Positions 35,654-43,828 of a stretch of 46,988 nt of DNA are shown here, in pieces. Made by a program: the position numbers and the translations under genes. How positions within the stretch are numbered: the stretch's first letter is position 1; each line of letters begins with the position of its first letter. Origin of the DNA: Chloroflexota bacterium (GTDB lineage Bacteria; Chloroflexota; Limnocylindria; Limnocylindrales; CSP1-4). Where the stretch lies: positions 1 through 46,988 of the forward strand of contig JAYTWS010000009.1 in NCBI GenBank assembly GCA_043743315.1. The letters are read 5' to 3'. Below the pieces are notes generated by a model. That model was given only the letters and a program-made list of their open reading frames with translations, was not told the origin of the DNA and ran no database searches.

Positions 35654-38323
35654 TCAGGGTGCCCCGCCGGAACCAGGGAACAGATCCATCTGCCGGGCCT
35701 CACCGCTGACGGCCGGATCGAGGCCAAGGTACGGCTCGAGGTCCGCCAGCGCCAGCGGCTCGCGGGCGAGCCAGGTGCGGAGATGCGGCCACAGGACGAG
35801 GTGCCAGTTGTCGGTCGTCATGGCGGTCCGGAGGACCGGCGACGCATCGAGCTTGTGGCGTATCAGGTCGGCCCGCTCGGCAGCGACGACGAGAAACCGG
35901 ACCAGCCGGTCGTCGGGCGGGATTCGACTGTGGCGTCGCAGGATGGTCTCCCCGAGCATGGCCGTCCATTCGACCTCGAACATCAGGGCCGTCCGACCAC
36001 GCACGTACCAGATGCAATCCACGTCGGCGAGATCGTCGGCCGAGGCACGGGTGATCGCCGGAAGCCAGGCCGTTTGTTCGTGGCTCGACAGCAGGTCGCC
36101 GAGGGACCCCGAACCGAACCGACGAGCCTGCTCGCGTCGGCCGATCCAGACGTTCATCCCGAGACGGTGGCCCGCGTCGGTCAGGCGGGCAAGGATCTCG
36201 GTGTGATCCGCCGTCCGACGACGGAGATCGTCGCCGGTGACGAGCTGATCGGCGGTCGCGCTCGGGCTGCGATAGCTCGTGAGGCACGCACGAACGAGTC
36301 CTTCATCGGGCAGGTCCGGCCCGTGGAAAAGGGAATCGATCCGCTCCAGGAAGGCGGCCTCGTCGAGCGGTCCGGAGGTCGAGAGGAGGCTGTAGACCGC
36401 CCACTCGACGCGGTCGGACAGGGGAAGTGCGGCGGCATCGCGATCGGTGCGGCTCTCGAGCCACCACTGGTCCGGGGCGATCTCGCGCAGCCGCGGGTGG
36501 TCCGGCCGGGTCAGTTCAGCGCGAATCAGGCCGATGAGCCGGTCCACGGGCTCCACCTCTGCGTCCACCGGATCGCCCTCTCGGGCTGATCCATCGGCGG
36601 CGAACAGCCGCGCCAGGTGCCCTGCTCGATCGAGACCGATCAGGATCTCCCCGAGGAGTCGCTCGAACCGGATCGGCTCACCCCGCTCGCGGAGCAGCTC
36701 GACGGTGAGTTCGCTGATGGTTCGCTGGGCCTCCGATGGCGAGAACGATCGAGCGTGGACCCGCTCGGGCGCCGAAAACAGGCCGCGACCGGGCACGAAG
36801 GCGGGATCGCCGGCGCCGCCGGGCATCGGTTCAAGAGACCGCCCCGAACGCGTTCGCGACCCGGGCGGGACCGCCGCCCCGGGTGGCACGAACTCCACGA
36901 ACCCGGTGGTGCCATCGTTTGGATCACCGAATCGGACCGCGGTCAGGCGATAGCCCGCCCCGATCCCTCCGATCACGGCGGCAACGAGTCCCTCTGGCCC
37001 GTGGCTGTCGACCATCATGACCGCTCGACCGTCCCGGGTCATATGCGGAGCGGCGCCTTCCAGCGAGCGCCGAAGGGTCTCGGATTGCCACGACCACGGG
37101 GCCCTGATCGCGGCGCCGCCCAGGGGCTCGAGCGGCAGGAGCAGGGCGGCTTCACGACCAAGGGCCCAGCACGTCCCATGGTAGGTCGCAGCGAGGCGCT
37201 CCTGATTGAACCGGAATGGCGGCTGGCCGAGGACGAGGCGAATTTGGGGCGTCCGCGCCGGTCCGCTTTCGCGGCCCAGGTCCTCGATGCCCGCGAGGGT
37301 GCGCAGGGCGTCGTCAGTCCCGATCCGGACGATCGCGGTCGCGCCGCCGTCGACCAGGCTCCGGAGGTCGGTGCCGAGCCTCGCCTCGAGCGGACCGACG
37401 GAACTGCTGTCGATCTGCTGCACGAACGATCGGACGATGCGAAAGCCCTCCTCGAAGGCCACCCACGGGTTGCGTTCGCGAACCGGGTTCGGAAATGGGG
37501 ACCGGATCGCGCCCGCGGCGATCCGGATGCCGGGGATCCGGCCCGGTCCAGCGCCGAGGCGGCTAGCCGGCAGGACCGCATGCAGGAATGCCAGCCGCAG
37601 GGCGGACTCGACGGGCTTCGCGCGCAGGTCGCCCTCGATCCGCTCGAGAATCGCCGCGAGCCCTACCAGCTGCCGATCCGTATGGAGATCGAGGATCGCG
37701 TCTGGCAGCCCGGCAGCCCCGTCCGGCACCGGGAAGCGCTCGCGCAAGGCGAGACGGATCGAATTGGCCCCGACATCTGCACCGGCGCGCTCGTGGTCGG
37801 CATCGTCGGTCGCGGCCTGCCGCCCCTCAAGGCCGCCTCGCTGGTCCCGGCAGATCGTGCAGCGGTAGCTCTTGCGTTCGAGCGACAGGGCCCCAGCACC
37901 GTCGGAATCGTCGCGCACGGCCCAACTGAACTCGTCGGCGATCAGCGATCGATCGCACGTCGCGCAGCGCGTGACGAACGGCCGGCCGATCGCAAGCTTC
38001 AGGCTGGTGTCGCCGCGCGGCGACGCACTCATCGTCGAGAACGCCGCGTCGAGGTGGCGGAGGTCGGGCGGTCGCAGGACCACCTCCGCGAGGAGGCGCG
38101 TGAGCGGGTTCGTCTCGAGGGTGACCGCCCGGCGCTGACGATCGACCGAGGCCCGCGCCACCCAGCCGCCGCGAGCATGGAGGTCGAGCACCAGGTCGCC
38201 CGGAGCCGACCCGGCCTCGAGATGCGCGAGTACGCTGTCGGGCGGCGGCGGCGGCGCGATCCGTTCGAAGGCGGGCATCGTGAACCCGGGTTCGGCGCGT
38301 GAGAGAGGCGCTCGACCCACCAT
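35654..38323 (-). CDS. large multidomain hypothetical protein: degenerate Zn-ribbon-containing DNA-methyltransferase-like region + helical/winged-helix-like middle + PD-(D/E)xK-like C-terminus
   Basis: 889 aa. Motif-I-like LVLDLHARGGWVARA...AVTLETNP (38162-38191). Four-Cys ribbon CATC...CTIC (37850-37966). Motif-IV-like LVLGQPPF (37214-37228). C-terminal DVDCIWYVRGRTALMFEVEW (35969-36022). The opposite-strand ORF 36617..38302 is Arg/Pro junk. The start could be ATG 38323 or ATG 38278. Confidence 0.7.
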   Translation of the reverse strand: MVGRAPLSRAEPGFTMPAFERIAPPPPPDSVLAHLEAGSAPGDLVLDLHARGGWVARASVDRQRRAVTLETNPLTRLLAEVVLRPPDLRHLDAAFSTMSASPRGDTSLKLAIGRPFVTRCATCDRSLIADEFSWAVRDDSDGAGALSLERKSYRCTICRDQRGGLEGRQAATDDADHERAGADVGANSIRLALRERFPVPDGAAGLPDAILDLHTDRQLVGLAAILERIEGDLRAKPVESALRLAFLHAVLPASRLGAGPGRIPGIRIAAGAIRSPFPNPVRERNPWVAFEEGFRIVRSFVQQIDSSSVGPLEARLGTDLRSLVDGGATAIVRIGTDDALRTLAGIEDLGRESGPARTPQIRLVLGQPPFRFNQERLAATYHGTCWALGREAALLLPLEPLGGAAIRAPWSWQSETLRRSLEGAAPHMTRDGRAVMMVDSHGPEGLVAAVIGGIGAGYRLTAVRFGDPNDGTTGFVEFVPPGAAVPPGSRTRSGRSLEPMPGGAGDPAFVPGRGLFSAPERVHARSFSPSEAQRTISELTVELLRERGEPIRFERLLGEILIGLDRAGHLARLFAADGSAREGDPVDAEVEPVDRLIGLIRAELTRPDHPRLREIAPDQWWLESRTDRDAAALPLSDRVEWAVYSLLSTSGPLDEAAFLERIDSLFHGPDLPDEGLVRACLTSYRSPSATADQLVTGDDLRRRTADHTEILARLTDAGHRLGMNVWIGRREQARRFGSGSLGDLLSSHEQTAWLPAITRASADDLADVDCIWYVRGRTALMFEVEWTAMLGETILRRHSRIPPDDRLVRFLVVAAERADLIRHKLDASPVLRTAMTTDNWHLVLWPHLRTWLAREPLALADLEPYLGLDPAVSGEARQMDLFPGSGGAP

Positions 38324-38363
38324 GCCGCGATTGTGGCAGACGGGGCGACCGGCTATGGCGAGA

Positions 38364-38389
38364 CGGTCACGGCTTGCGCCCGGTCACGG
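38364..38389. promoter_or_regulatory. 9-bp direct repeat upstream of the 889-aa gene
   Basis: CGGTCACGG at 38364-38372 and 38381-38389 (17-bp period), 41-66 nt upstream of the ATG at 38323. Confidence 0.25.
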
Positions 38390-38458
38390 TGCCGGCGTGC
38401 GGCGCGAGCGCGTGATGCGCAGGCAGGCCCGACGGGTTCCGGACCGGAGCCCGTGGAA

Positions 38459-39298
38459 TTACCCCTCGTCGAGGTCGTCGTTTTCCTCGACGAACGCCTC
38501 GTCGGTCGTGTCGTCGGGTGGGAGCACCCGATCGAGATCCTCGATCTCGTCGTCCTCGACATCGTCCTCGAGATCCTGCTCGAGCTCCTCGTCCTCGCGA
38601 ACCAGGGTGCCTTTGGTGTACGGGCGCAGGTCGGTGGATTTGGCCGCCGTCGGGAAGCTGACCTTGCCGTAGTTGCGCGGGTCCTGGTAGACCTCGCGGA
38701 TGATGATCCGGACGTCGACGGCACCGAGGGACGTCACGCCGGCGGCGTACTTGTTCCCCTCGGCCATCAACTTGAGAAGGCGCGCCGCAACGCGCGGCTC
38801 GACCGTCCCGATCTGGACACCGCTGCTCGTGGCGATGAGGCGATTGCCCTCCGGGGTCAGCTCGACCGCGTCGCCCGGGTTGACCTGGGCGAGCTTGCGC
38901 GCATCCGGAAGGTCGATGAGGTAGGCGAAACCGGTCTTGCCGGTCTCCTCGACGAAGATCCGGACCGGCGCCTTGCTGCCCGCCTGGGCGGGCACGGTCC
39001 GTTCGCCGGCGGCCACGAGGAGGGTCTTCAGGCGATCGATGTTGCGTTCGGCGATCCGGTTGGTGGGATCGAGCGCGAGTGCGGCCTGGTAGTGCTCGCG
39101 GGCCGCCCCGAGCTCACCCTGCTCCCAGAGTGCCTTGGCGAGCCGGTTCTCGGATTCGGCGTCCGCGCCCATCTCCAGGAGCCGGCGATTGGTATCGGCG
39201 GCCTCGACCCACTTGCCGGCCGCCGCATGGGCGATCGCCTGCTCTGCCAGCTGCCGCTTGAGCCGCGTGGCGGCAATGGGGCTCGATGCCGGATCCAT
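38459..39298 (-). CDS. TPR-containing protein with a HIRAN-like middle domain and a polyacidic C-terminal tail
   Basis: ATG 39298 within ORF 38459..39454; 279 aa. N-terminal TPR-like helices (WVEAADTNRRLLEMG...ALWEQGELGAAREHYQAALALDP). Middle NPGDAVELTPEGNRLIATSSGVQIGTVEPRVAARLLKLMAEGNKYAAGV. Tail REDEELEQDLEDDVEDDEIEDLD...EENDDLDEG. Confidence 0.7.
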   Translation of the reverse strand: MDPASSPIAATRLKRQLAEQAIAHAAAGKWVEAADTNRRLLEMGADAESENRLAKALWEQGELGAAREHYQAALALDPTNRIAERNIDRLKTLLVAAGERTVPAQAGSKAPVRIFVEETGKTGFAYLIDLPDARKLAQVNPGDAVELTPEGNRLIATSSGVQIGTVEPRVAARLLKLMAEGNKYAAGVTSLGAVDVRIIIREVYQDPRNYGKVSFPTAAKSTDLRPYTKGTLVREDEELEQDLEDDVEDDEIEDLDRVLPPDDTTDEAFVEENDDLDEG

Positions 39299-39425
39299 CT
39301 CGGAGAAGGTCACGAAGTCAGGTCCTTTCGAACGGTCGAAGTTGTCGGGCCGCGCGGAGCGGCGACGGCGCAAGGTCGGGCGCGGGCCGGGCCGTTCGCC
39401 GGTGGCGCCAAATGCAGGGCAAGTG

Positions 39426-39454
39426 TTTGTAGCACCGGAGGCGCCGACGGTCAA
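39426..39454 (-). promoter_or_regulatory. candidate promoter for the TPR/HIRAN-like gene
   Basis: On the minus strand: TTGACC (39454-39449), a 17-nt spacer, then TACAAA (39431-39426), about 125 nt upstream of the ATG. Pattern only. Confidence 0.3.
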
Positions 39455-39482
39455 ATGGGTAGTGCCATCGAGGCCGTCAGAT

Positions 39483-40292
39483 CTAGCTCCGGAGCCGAAC
39501 GCTCCAGACGACCACGACCAGGCCGAGGACCATCAACAGGATCGTCTCCCGGAGGCGGCGAGATGACTGGCGACGCGACGCTGAATCAGCGTGGATGGCA
39601 TCCCACAGGAAGAACACGAGCACCAGGAGCGCCGGACCCAGCAGGCGTGGGATCTCCATCGTCCGAAGGGCGGCCGCGGCGATCGCGATCACCGACGCGC
39701 TGGTCAGGGCAAACCAGCTGACGTCGCGCAGGTTCGACGTTCGGAGGGCCCCGACGCGGTAGCCGAGCAGGAACGCTGTGACCGCATCGACGGTCGCGAG
39801 GAGGGCCAGTTGCGGTCCGGTGGGTCCACCCGTAACGACACCCGGTTCGGGCAGTCCGCCGGGCACGAGTGCCGCCATGCCGAGGAATGCGAGGAAGCCG
39901 ACGATCAGGGTCTCGGCGCGAACGGCGGTCCGATCGGCGCCGGAGGGCCCGGTTGCCGTGGCGAGGAGCCGAGCCTCGGTCCCCAGGACCCGCAGGAGGA
40001 GCCACCCACCGATCACTGCCGCCGGGATCAGGAGGGGCCCTATCGGCACCAGGCGAAGCGTCCCGAAGATGGCGACGACGGTCACGCCCGGGGTGACCAG
40101 CGCCTCGATCGGGACCCCGGGACCTGCGGTTGCAGGTATTCCGTCGCCGAGGACCTGGAGCGCTCCGAGGACGACCGCGGCCAGGAGGCAGGCGCCGACC
40201 AGCCAGGCGGCTGGTCCCTCGATCACGCGGGACAGGATCACCACGATCATCGAGATCGCCACCAGATCACGCGAGCCGCGGAGGGTGCCCAT
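39483..40292 (-). CDS. polytopic membrane protein, unknown function
   Basis: ATG 40292 (MGTLRGSRDLVAISMIVVILSRV...). About 7-8 hydrophobic helices and 269 aa. The ORF-track extension to 40454 would overlap polX. Confidence 0.65.
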   Translation of the reverse strand: MGTLRGSRDLVAISMIVVILSRVIEGPAAWLVGACLLAAVVLGALQVLGDGIPATAGPGVPIEALVTPGVTVVAIFGTLRLVPIGPLLIPAAVIGGWLLLRVLGTEARLLATATGPSGADRTAVRAETLIVGFLAFLGMAALVPGGLPEPGVVTGGPTGPQLALLATVDAVTAFLLGYRVGALRTSNLRDVSWFALTSASVIAIAAAALRTMEIPRLLGPALLVLVFFLWDAIHADSASRRQSSRRLRETILLMVLGLVVVVWSVRLRS

Positions 40293-40333
40293 CGGCTCGA
40301 TGGTACGCGAGGGCTGGGGGCCGGAACGGTCGA

Positions 40334-42199
40334 TCACAACCGCCGCCTGGGCGGGTCGTTCCGGCCGACGTGGTCGAGCAATGCCGTCCGGCTGCGGGTA
40401 TTGATGACCGATGCGGCCTCCACCCACGCTCGACGAGCCTGGGAAACGCCCCACGCGAGGTGCTCGAACTCCTCGACTCGATGGGCATCCGAATCGACGG
40501 CCAGCAGGCAGCCGACCGAGACGGCGTGGCGTGCCCGCTCCACCGACAGGTCCAGGCGGGGCGGTGATCCGTTCATCTCGAGCACCGTGCCCGTCGCGGC
40601 TGCCTCCGCGTAGATCGCGTCCCAGTCCAGATCGAGATCGTCGCGTACGCCGATCTTGCGACCCGACGGATGGGCGATGACATCGACATGTGGGTTGCGG
40701 ATGGCCCCGAGGACGCGCGCCGTGAGCTCCGACCGCGACTGGTTGCGGCCGACATGGAGCGACGCGACGACGAGCTCGAAGCTGGCGAGCAGGGCATCGT
40801 CGTAATCGAGACGGCCGTCGGCCCGGATCTCCAGCTCGCAGCCATGCAGGAGCCGGAATCCCTCGGCTGGGGTTTCCGGCGGCGCCGTACCCGCGTTCTC
40901 CTCGGCGGCGAAGCGCCGATTCAGGCCGGCGATCACGCGCGCCTGCATCGCCACCCGGTCGGGCGTCAGGCCCCGGGCGATGGCCAGCGACACCGAGTGG
41001 TCGGTCAGCACCTGGTAGGCATGGCCGCGACGCCGGGCTGCCTCGGCCATCACCTCGATCGGCTGGGTCCCGTCGGACCAGTCGGAATGCGAGTGGAGGT
41101 CACCCTGCAGGTCCTCGAGAGCAAGGAGGTTCGGCAGGCGGCCCTCCAGCGCGGCCTCGATCTCGCCCGTGTCCTCACGGAGCTCCGGCTCGATGAACGG
41201 AAGATCGAGGAACCCATAGGCGTCGGCCTCCGTGGCGAAGACCCGGAGCTCGGCGTCAGGCCCGGTCAGGGCACTTCCGTCTTCGCCAAGCCGGGCGAAG
41301 CCCTTCTCGGACAGGCTCCAGCCCCGGTGGCGGGCTCGTTCGCGCAGCCGGACATTGTGGGCTTTCGAGCCCGTGAAGTGGATCAGGTAGGTGCCGGCGG
41401 CGCCGGGTGCCATACGCATGAGGTCGATCTGAAGGCCCCGTTCGACCTCGACGGAGGCCTTCTCCGGTCCCTGGTTGAGCACCGATTCAACCGCGGGGAG
41501 CGTGGTGAAGCGACCAATCGCCGGTCCCGCGTCGGACGTCTCCACGAGCAGGTCGAGGTCGCCGATCGTCTCGCGTCGTCGGCGGAACGAACCGGCCGGG
41601 ACCACGCCAACGACGCCCTCGATGCCCGCAAGCGCATCCGCTACGAGCTGGACCGCGTCTCGCGCCTCGCTCAGGAGCAAGCGGCGGTCGCGTGCTCGGA
41701 GCCCATCGATCCCCCCGAGGATCGTCTGTTCGGTCCGAACCGACATGCCGCGCATTCCGCGAAGGCGACCGTCAGCCGCTGCGACGCGGAGCGCATCCAG
41801 GTCGGCGATACCAAGCGTCTTCCAGAGCTGACACACCGTCCTGGGTCCGAGGCCCGGAACGCTCAGCAGTTCAAGGAGCGTGACCGGAAATTCGGCCTTC
41901 AACGCCTCGTGATATCCAAGTCGGCCAGTGCGCGCCAGCTCGGCCACCTTGTCGGCCGTGGCGCGACCCACCCCCGCCAGCGTCGGTGGGCGTCCGTCCA
42001 CGTAGGCCCGCGCGACCGCGACGGGTGCCCGCCCGATGACGTCGGCGGCGCGGTGGTATGCGATGGTCTTGAAGACGAGCTCGCCCTTGATCTCGAGGAG
42101 GTCGCCGATCTCATGGAGGATGCGTGCCAGCTCGGCGTTGGACGGAAGTTCGGCGTCGGGAGGCAGGGCTGGCGCTTCGGGCTGGTCGGACGTGGGCAC
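40334..42199 (-). CDS. polX: family X DNA polymerase with C-terminal PHP phosphoesterase domain
   Basis: ILHEIGDLLEIKGELVFKTIAYHRAADVI (8-kDa/HhH region), GIGPRT-like VPGLGPRT, GSFRRRRETIGDLDLLV (catalytic Asp pair), and PHP motifs GDLHSHSDWSDG and ASLHV. No ATG is near the homologous N-terminus, so GTG 42199 was chosen. Confidence 0.85.
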   Translation of the reverse strand: MPTSDQPEAPALPPDAELPSNAELARILHEIGDLLEIKGELVFKTIAYHRAADVIGRAPVAVARAYVDGRPPTLAGVGRATADKVAELARTGRLGYHEALKAEFPVTLLELLSVPGLGPRTVCQLWKTLGIADLDALRVAAADGRLRGMRGMSVRTEQTILGGIDGLRARDRRLLLSEARDAVQLVADALAGIEGVVGVVPAGSFRRRRETIGDLDLLVETSDAGPAIGRFTTLPAVESVLNQGPEKASVEVERGLQIDLMRMAPGAAGTYLIHFTGSKAHNVRLRERARHRGWSLSEKGFARLGEDGSALTGPDAELRVFATEADAYGFLDLPFIEPELREDTGEIEAALEGRLPNLLALEDLQGDLHSHSDWSDGTQPIEVMAEAARRRGHAYQVLTDHSVSLAIARGLTPDRVAMQARVIAGLNRRFAAEENAGTAPPETPAEGFRLLHGCELEIRADGRLDYDDALLASFELVVASLHVGRNQSRSELTARVLGAIRNPHVDVIAHPSGRKIGVRDDLDLDWDAIYAEAAATGTVLEMNGSPPRLDLSVERARHAVSVGCLLAVDSDAHRVEEFEHLAWGVSQARRAWVEAASVINTRSRTALLDHVGRNDPPRRRL

Positions 42200-42231
42200 G
42201 GCCCGATGGTAGCCCCGAACGTGTGACCGGA

Positions 42232-43737
42232 TCAGCCAGCGATCACCCGGTCGCGGCCCGCCCGTTTTGCGCGCAGGAGGGCCTGGTCCGCCCGCTCGAT
42301 GATGACCGGGATCGGTTCGTCGGCCTCGGTTGCGTTCGCGACGCCGACCGACACGCTGACGCCCGGAACGCCGTGGCGCGACAGGTCCAGCGCACGGACC
42401 GCAGCACACACCCGCTCGCCGACCTCGAGGGCAACGTCCGGACCTGGGTTCCTGAGGAGGACGGCGAACTCCTCCCCGCCGACGCGGGCCGGGACATCCT
42501 CTTCGCGGACGGCCGACACGATCGCGTTCGCGACCTCGCGGAGGACCAGGTCCCCGACCGGGTGGCCGAACGTATCGTTGAGGACCTTGAACTTGTCGAT
42601 ATCCACCATCAGCACGGCAACGGCGTCGCCGGCACGGCGGCGGCGGGCGAGCAGCCCGCAGAACTCATCGAAGTAGCGTCGATTCGGCAGCCCGGTGAGC
42701 GGGTCCGTGCTCGCATTGGCCTCCGCCTCACGGAAGCTGTACGCGCGGGCAAGGGCCGCCGAAGCCTCGACAGCGGCTCCTTCCAGGAGGCGGCGCGCCG
42801 GGAGGTCCCAGGCGTCACGGTCCCGGCGGGAGACCACGATCGCGCCGATCACCCCGCTCTCGGTCCGGAGCGGCGCGGCGAGTGTGTGGCTGAGCCCGTA
42901 GACCGCTTTGACCCGCTCCGCAATGCGCGCCGCGACCTGGGCCGACGGACCCGACCCGAGGACTTCGGCCCGGGCCGCTCGAGCGGCGTAGCTCTCGGTC
43001 GCGGTCCGGCGCCGGCCGACATCGGCGAGGATGCCGGCGAACCAGGACCCGTCACCGGGCCGCGAGGTGGAGGGCAGCTGGAGGGCCCGAGCCCGCCGAT
43101 CGATGGGGCGGGTTGACCGCCCGGCCCCATCCCGCCGCTCATCGGGTGAGCCCGTGCGCAGGCTGCGTTCGGGCCGTCCCGACGGCCACGCGTCGGCGCT
43201 CGATGGCACCGTGCGAGCGCCGGCGAGGACCGGAGCCGGCGCAACCGCCATGGGCACCGCGACCATCGACGGACTGGCCGCGAGATCGAGATCGCCGAGC
43301 GGGAGGACCGTGCTGGAGTTCGGAACGCCGGCGCGATGCGTGACCAGGGTCGCCTCGAGGACACCGCCGTCCGTCCGGCGCCGGACGACGACCACGTGGT
43401 CGGCCCCGGTGCCCTCCGCGAGGTCGTCGACGATCGCCCCGACGATGGCATCGACGCTCACCGAGCGCGACAGGCCGCGGAGAATCCGGGCGAGGTTCTC
43501 GGCCTCGGCTCGGCCGCGAGCCTCCAATCCGACGACGGCGTTCCGATGGGCAATGGCTGCCAGTGACGCCACGCCGGCTCCGATGACCGGCACCCAGGCC
43601 AGCGCATCGGATGTCGTGAGGGCTCGGACAAGGGTCACGACGACGAGGACCAGGAACGTTCCTGACAGGAGCCACCACGCGCGTCGGACCGACCGATCTT
43701 CGGGGTCGCGACTGCGTCTGGGCTCCGTGGAACTCAC
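42232..43737 (-). CDS. membrane-anchored diguanylate cyclase (2 TM + GAF-like sensor + GGDEF)
   Basis: GTG start. Helices WWLLSGTFLVLVVVTLV and VPVIGAGVASLAAIA. GLPNRRYF, MVDIDKFKVLNDTFGHPVGD, and an REED I-site five residues before GGEEF. Confidence 0.85.
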   Translation of the reverse strand: MSSTEPRRSRDPEDRSVRRAWWLLSGTFLVLVVVTLVRALTTSDALAWVPVIGAGVASLAAIAHRNAVVGLEARGRAEAENLARILRGLSRSVSVDAIVGAIVDDLAEGTGADHVVVVRRRTDGGVLEATLVTHRAGVPNSSTVLPLGDLDLAASPSMVAVPMAVAPAPVLAGARTVPSSADAWPSGRPERSLRTGSPDERRDGAGRSTRPIDRRARALQLPSTSRPGDGSWFAGILADVGRRRTATESYAARAARAEVLGSGPSAQVAARIAERVKAVYGLSHTLAAPLRTESGVIGAIVVSRRDRDAWDLPARRLLEGAAVEASAALARAYSFREAEANASTDPLTGLPNRRYFDEFCGLLARRRRAGDAVAVLMVDIDKFKVLNDTFGHPVGDLVLREVANAIVSAVREEDVPARVGGEEFAVLLRNPGPDVALEVGERVCAAVRALDLSRHGVPGVSVSVGVANATEADEPIPVIIERADQALLRAKRAGRDRVIAG

Positions 43738-43828
43738 AGAACGGAAGCATGCGGCCCGGATCGACCCGCGTCCAGCCCGGCGGCATGGTACTTCCGTACT
43801 GGGTGGGCCTGGTACCCCCCTGGCCCGG

